Positions 59,086-64,000 of a DNA stretch of 64,000 bases are shown here, piece by piece. Under the pieces are notes generated by a model that did not search any database, was not told where the DNA came from, and was given only the letters and a program-made list of their open reading frames with translations. The position numbers and the translations under genes were made by a program. The DNA is taken from positions 1,394 to 65,393 of the IMG/VR virus record IMGVR_UViG_3300042864_000640. One strand, 5' to 3'. The stretch is from a virus. Taxonomy: Duplodnaviria; Caudoviricetes. The stretch's first letter is position 1, and each line of letters begins with the position of its first letter.

Positions 59086-59316
59086 AAATATTGAGTGAGT
59101 GGGGGTGATGAAGTTTATTTAATATGGTCTTACAAGACAACTATGATGCCAAATAGCGGATGAACGAATAAGATAATGAAAATTAACAAACTTCAACAAT
59201 ATTAGGGTCTCATGTCGGCGATTTCAATACAATCAAAACTCTCTGAAACTTGGCTATCTTATTTAAACGGATTCATTCTCACAAACTCATTTTTATTAAA
59301 AATTAAAAAATAATTT

Positions 59317-59574
59317 ATGTTTTGGACTTATTACGCAATTTGTGTTATCTATTGTTTCTATCAGCTATTCACAAAATATCAGGATAGATATAACGATGGT
59401 ATGATTGGGTTATCACCCGGCTTAGATTCTATTATGGTAGTTATGATGGCTTGGGTATTAGCACCTATCGATGTATCATTGACCTGGGTTCGTTGGTATA
59501 AAGAAGCCGAAGAAGCTAGAAGAAGGCAGAATGTTTTAAATACCAAAGATTTTGGTGATGAAAAAATATTTTAA
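59317..59574 (+). CDS. Small membrane protein
   Basis: Hydrophobic segments. Confidence 0.5.
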   Translation: MFWTYYAICVIYCFYQLFTKYQDRYNDGMIGLSPGLDSIMVVMMAWVLAPIDVSLTWVRWYKEAEEARRRQNVLNTKDFGDEKIF

Positions 59575-59598
59575 TATATACATATAGGTATATATAAA

Positions 59599-59683
59599 GG
59601 AAGAATGGCAGAGTGGTTGAATGCACCGGTCTTGAAAACCGGCATACTGAAAGGTATCTGGGGTTCGAATCCCTGTTCTTCCG
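59599..59683 (+). tRNA. tRNA-Ser(TGA)
   Basis: Type II cloverleaf, G73. Confidence 0.95.
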
Positions 59684-59688
59684 CATAT

Positions 59689-59837
59689 TGTTAAGTGATG
59701 AAATTGGCAGACGTGCCCTCCTGTCTCGGGGGTGATGAGTACGAAATAGGTAAGTAATATGGGGTAGACCACCAGCCGGCCGGCGAAAGTGTTACTTACT
59801 GAATCGCATCGTGGTGGTTCGAATCCATCCTTAACAG
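59689..59837 (+). tRNA. tRNA-like RNA, anticodon GTC, with an 80-nt variable arm
   Basis: TGTTAAG/CTTAACA-G acceptor, CCCTC-CTGTCTC-GGGGG anticodon arm, canonical T arm. Confidence 0.8.
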
Positions 59838-59860
59838 CAAATAAACTATTATACTAAACT

Positions 59861-60438
59861 ATGAATATTAGCAAATTATTGAAACCGCTTACTATGATTT
59901 TTCAAATGATATTAATTTATTTGATATTTTCATTTATAGAAGCAAATTTTAATCCAACTCAATGGACTTGGTGGGAACGAAGTATAGCAGTATTATGGTT
60001 ATTTTATGCTTGGAATAACACACTCAACGAAAAATAAATATGGAACGGTCTCCCGCCGCTAGACGAAAATCATTAATAGCTCTATTTCTATCTAATGTTT
60101 TGAATAAACGAATTCTTAATAAGAGAAAAAAATATCACAATTATAATAAGAAAGATATTTTTTCAAGTTGGGATGATGATGCTCACCGAAGAGCTGCCGC
60201 TGGTAGAGATGGGTGGGATGAAGATTGGTTTCCACATGAAACATTTTAAATAACATATATGGAAGTTGAACAATTTACAATCATTAAAACTCTATTAGAA
60301 GAGATTAGAGATGCTATAAAAGAGCAACAATCCAATCAGCAACCAACAACTAAGATTACAGTAGTTGGAAATAAACCACAAACTAATTCTCCAACTAAGG
60401 CAAAGGGGTTCAATCCAACCGATGATTTTCAGTTTTAG
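59861..60438 (+). CDS. Three small hypothetical ORFs (59861-60037, 60040-60249, 60259-60438)
   Basis: Consecutive ATG-started short ORFs. Confidence 0.45.
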
Positions 60439-60467
60439 TTTATATTTATACAAAAGATACTATACAA

Positions 60468-61214
60468 ATGATAAAAGCGGGCAGATACGATTTAGATGAA
60501 TCATCAATAGGTAGAATACATCAACACGTTGTTTCCAATCCAAAAGTAAAAAATTGGGGAGTAGTAACGGCAAGTAGAGGTGAATTGACACCTGCTGAAA
60601 ACAAACAAAGAAACAAAGAGTTAGAAAACGATTTGCGTAAAATGGGATATGGATTTGTTCACGTAGATGGTATGTGGCAAGAATGTAGAAAGCCCGATAC
60701 TGAATACAAAGATTGTCCAGATGATATGAAAGTACCAACAACAGAGAAATCTCTTTTTGTTCCAAACATATCACAAGAGCATATTCAATCATTGGGTAAG
60801 AAGTATCAGCAAGATAGTGTACTATTCGCTGATGAAGAAACTAAAGCAAAAGGTGAAGCAACTTTTATTGATTCAAAATCAGGCGAAGCATTTAACATTG
60901 GAAAGTTCTCACCTGGAAAAGTAGCACAAGGATATAGTAAATTGAAAGGTGGGCAAGTATTTACATTTGAACCAAAAGATGAACCACAAAAAGTTGATGA
61001 ACCAAAAGTTCAAACAAAAGCTGAGCCGGGTTCTCAAAAGATGGTAACAAACCCAACACAATTAAAATCACTATTACCAAAAGGTATAGCTGATAAGTTG
61101 GTTAAGAACCCTGAAACGGGTAAAATGATTAAAGTAAAATCTGCTTTGAAGTATGATAAGGAATCGCCGGTATATAAAGCAACGGTGGCTATGATAAAAA
61201 ACACTAAAAAGTAG
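60468..61214 (+). CDS. Conserved T4-like phage protein (DUF3293-like) with C-terminal repeat domain
   Basis: VTASR...EN..RN..L..DL...GYG; YQQDSVL; KNPETGKMIKV tail. Confidence 0.6.
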   Translation: MIKAGRYDLDESSIGRIHQHVVSNPKVKNWGVVTASRGELTPAENKQRNKELENDLRKMGYGFVHVDGMWQECRKPDTEYKDCPDDMKVPTTEKSLFVPNISQEHIQSLGKKYQQDSVLFADEETKAKGEATFIDSKSGEAFNIGKFSPGKVAQGYSKLKGGQVFTFEPKDEPQKVDEPKVQTKAEPGSQKMVTNPTQLKSLLPKGIADKLVKNPETGKMIKVKSALKYDKESPVYKATVAMIKNTKK

Positions 61215-61221
61215 TATTTCA

Positions 61222-61295
61222 TAACTAATTGATAATCAAAGACTTACATATGTAGGTCTTTTTTTATGCGTAACTAATTGATAATCAATCTATTA
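61222..61295. repeat. Two 25-bp palindromes flanking a terminator hairpin
   Basis: TAACTAATTGATAATCAAAGACTTA (61222) and TAACTAATTGATAATCAATCTATTA (61271); hairpin AAAGACTTACA-TA-TGTAGGTCTTT + T run. Confidence 0.8.
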
Positions 61296-61373
61296 AAAAA
61301 TATTTCAATAAATGCTTGGCAATACCGATTATTTTTCGTATATTGTAGAACAATTAAGAGTTAAACTATAAAA

Positions 61374-63557
61374 ATGAGTAATATGAGTTATCTATCTAAA
61401 TTTAGTTCCAACAAAAAATCCAAAGTATCCTCCGCATCATCCTTTTGGGCTGATGAATGGAGTAACTACGATGACGAAATGTTTACCGAATCTTACTATG
61501 ATGCGGAAACGGATTCATTTCAAACAAAAAAATTATCATCTTCACAATCATCGACTGTGGAAATGTTAAGGTTATCCGCTCACCGAAGAGCAATTGGTAA
61601 CTTCGTTAATATCTTAACCAATAAAAACATCCCTGTTAAGTTTTACAAAAAAGGTGATTCTTATACCGATGGTAAATCGGTAGTATTATCAGCCGAAGTT
61701 AAGCCAGAGAAATTTGATGTGGCTGTTGGGTTGGCATTGCACGAAGCATCCCACATTAATCTAACAAACTTCGATACGTTTAGTAGTTATTCAGTTCCTC
61801 AAACTTTGAGAGAATTGTTTGAATCAAAAAATGTTCATAATTCTGATGCTTGGAGTTTGATTAAAAACCTTACCAATTGGATTGAAGATAGACGTATTGA
61901 CCAATACATCTTCAATACCTGTCCAGGTTATAGAGATTACTATCGTGCATTATACGATGAATACTTCAATGATAAAGTAATTGATAAGGGTATTGTTTCC
62001 GATGAATTTACCGATGAAACAATTGATTCGTATATGTTCCGTGTTATCAATCTTACAAACCCTAATACTAAGTTAAATAAACTTAAAGGTTTGGCTAAGA
62101 TTTATTCATTGGTTGAACTTAAAAACATTAGTAGATTGTTATCTACATATGATAGTTTGATGATAGCTGAACAAATAGCTGAAATCATTGGATTATCAAT
62201 TGATACACTCCCACAATCACAACCAAACCCACAAGATGGTGGACAGGGTGAGCAAGATAAAGATGGTGAACCACAACAAACCGAAGGTAATGGTGGACAA
62301 GGTGATTCCGATGTAAACGAAGATATTGATAATGATGCTTCAGATGATGAACAATCGCCATCAACAGGCGGTGGTTCTATGAAGAATCAACCAAATATGA
62401 ATGGTAGTGAATCGGATAACGATAGTAATTCTGAAGCTGAAGGCGATAAGGATGATGCTAATGGTAAAGCCAAAGATACCTTATCCGATAATATTAAAAA
62501 GCAACTTGATAAAAAGATTCAGAATCAGAAAGATTTTATCAACAACCAAATCAAAAAGAAAGGTATCACCAAAAAAGATAGCCAATTGCTTGATTCGGTT
62601 GAAAAGAGTGGTACTGAAATGGTTAGTGTGGGTGGAGAAGTTCAAAGTAATGGTGTATATCTTAAAGGTACACAATGTATCGTATCAAAACGTATGACTG
62701 AAGAGTTGATGAAAGACCCGGCATTTCCATTCGCTCATTGGTATAAAGGATGGGGTTCGGATGACGAAGGTAAGTTTCACTCATACAATGAAGCAACTTT
62801 AAGAAAGGGTATTCAATTGGGTACACTATTAGGTAAACGTTTGGCAATTCGTAGTGAAGAACGTGTTACCGATAATCCTCGCCAAAAGAGTGGTAAGATT
62901 GACCGTAGATTGATTGCCGGACTTGGTTACGATTATGTAAACGTATTCAGTACTAAGGATGTAGATAAGTTTAAGAAAGCTAACTTACATATCAGTTTGG
63001 ATGGTAGTGGTTCTATGAGTGGTAGTACTTGGGATAAAGCACTTACAACTACAATCGCTATTTGTAAAGCAGCATCGATGGTTAGTAACTTAAATGTTCA
63101 GGTTACAATTAGAGGTATATGGGGTACAAAAGCTTATATCTGCCAGGCATATGATAGTAGAGTTGAAAAGTTTGATAAAGTAAAACGTTTATTTCCCGCA
63201 CTAACTGCCAATGGTACTACACCTGAAGGATTATGTTATGAAGCAACTATGAAATACTTCGTTCCAACTACTAAAGATATTGATTCATATTTCCTAAACA
63301 TATGTGATGGTGAACCAAACTTTAGTGAAGATGGTACTAATTACTATGGCGAGGTTGCACTACAACATACTCGTAAGATGGTTAAGAAAATCAAAGAGCA
63401 AGGTGTTAAAGTGATGGCTTACTTCGTATCTGATTACGACCACGATTCATCAAAACGTAAGTTCAAAACAATGTATGGCGAAGATAGCCGTTTTATTAAC
63501 ATTAACGATATCATTCCAATTACTAAGACTTTGAATGAATTGTTTCTTACAAAGTAA
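61374..63557 (+). CDS. CobT-like metallopeptidase-VWA domain protein
   Basis: YTDG, HEASH, NWIEDRRID, acidic linker, MIDAS DGSGSM, DGEP. Confidence 0.85.
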   Translation: MSNMSYLSKFSSNKKSKVSSASSFWADEWSNYDDEMFTESYYDAETDSFQTKKLSSSQSSTVEMLRLSAHRRAIGNFVNILTNKNIPVKFYKKGDSYTDGKSVVLSAEVKPEKFDVAVGLALHEASHINLTNFDTFSSYSVPQTLRELFESKNVHNSDAWSLIKNLTNWIEDRRIDQYIFNTCPGYRDYYRALYDEYFNDKVIDKGIVSDEFTDETIDSYMFRVINLTNPNTKLNKLKGLAKIYSLVELKNISRLLSTYDSLMIAEQIAEIIGLSIDTLPQSQPNPQDGGQGEQDKDGEPQQTEGNGGQGDSDVNEDIDNDASDDEQSPSTGGGSMKNQPNMNGSESDNDSNSEAEGDKDDANGKAKDTLSDNIKKQLDKKIQNQKDFINNQIKKKGITKKDSQLLDSVEKSGTEMVSVGGEVQSNGVYLKGTQCIVSKRMTEELMKDPAFPFAHWYKGWGSDDEGKFHSYNEATLRKGIQLGTLLGKRLAIRSEERVTDNPRQKSGKIDRRLIAGLGYDYVNVFSTKDVDKFKKANLHISLDGSGSMSGSTWDKALTTTIAICKAASMVSNLNVQVTIRGIWGTKAYICQAYDSRVEKFDKVKRLFPALTANGTTPEGLCYEATMKYFVPTTKDIDSYFLNICDGEPNFSEDGTNYYGEVALQHTRKMVKKIKEQGVKVMAYFVSDYDHDSSKRKFKTMYGEDSRFININDIIPITKTLNELFLTK

Positions 63558-63575
63558 TAAAAACTAATGGGTTCA

Positions 63576-63625
63576 TAAGTGATTGATTATCAACTACTTA
63601 TGACCCATTGATTATCAATAAGTTA
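63576..63625. repeat. Tandem pair of 25-bp palindromes
   Basis: TAAGTGATTGATTATCAACTACTTA + TGACCCATTGATTATCAATAAGTTA. Confidence 0.85.
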
Positions 63626-63851
63626 TGAATATAAACTATACTAATATGAAGAATGGAATACTGACCTTATTGGGTACAGATAATCGATTCCTGCCGGGTT
63701 TATGTGAGAATTTGACCCCTTATTTATGGTATATTTCTGAAATATTTTTGAAATAATTGATAATATATTTGGCAATACCGATTATATTTCGTATATTTAC
63801 AAAGTAATAACAATGAGAGTTATTATATTAATCCTTTAAAAAAATAGAGTT

Positions 63852-64000
63852 ATGAGAAATTCAAAAAAAGAAGTGTTAGTAGGTTACACTAATGAAATCT
63901 ACAAAGTTGAAAATGTTGGCAATCGTTTTAATTTAGTTAATACGGCCGGTGAAGTAGAAACCGATTCTACAATTGTTTCATCTTTCCTTAGAAAGAAAGC
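63852..64000 (+). CDS. 5' part of a gene truncated by the window edge
   Basis: MRNSKKEVLVGYTNEIYK..., open to the end; follows a host-type promoter. Confidence 0.6.
   Translation, partial: MRNSKKEVLVGYTNEIYKVENVGNRFNLVNTAGEVETDSTIVSSFLRKK

Overview
This window is a 64 kb, AT-rich slice of a large lytic T4-like (jumbo-type) dsDNA phage, with all credible genes on the + strand. The host is most likely a Bacteroidetes: there are repeated TTTG...CGTATATTTG (-33/-7 type) promoters, A-rich starts without Shine-Dalgarno sequences, and host-like genes such as DUF4494 and Hc1-like. Modules in order: (1) DNA modification/restriction genes (Mom-like fragment, DUF4338/DruA-like, DUF262-HNH, glycosyltransferase); (2) replisome (PolB, sliding clamp, clamp loaders, dUTPase, Cas4-like nuclease); (3) a large glycan/heptose cluster; (4) a GH19 endolysin and an operon of secreted cohesin/dockerin/CsgG-like envelope proteins; (5) early-gene cassettes preceded by tandem 25-bp palindromes; (6) an ~8.6 kb stable-RNA island. 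The island holds tmRNA, a probable GOLLD RNA, 19 near-canonical tRNAs, three aberrant tRNA-like RNAs, several small structured RNAs and an RNA-repair operon. The most striking observation is a 30-codon leader ORF plus terminator/antiterminator directly in front of an 11-tRNA block. The leader contains a cognate codon for every one of those 11 tRNAs, which suggests a ribosome-stalling attenuator that turns on phage tRNAs when host tRNAs are depleted. Second is a tRNA-Gly with features incompatible with normal ribosomal use, which may be a glycine donor for the Mom-like DNA modifier. All family calls are by eye from motifs; no searches were run.
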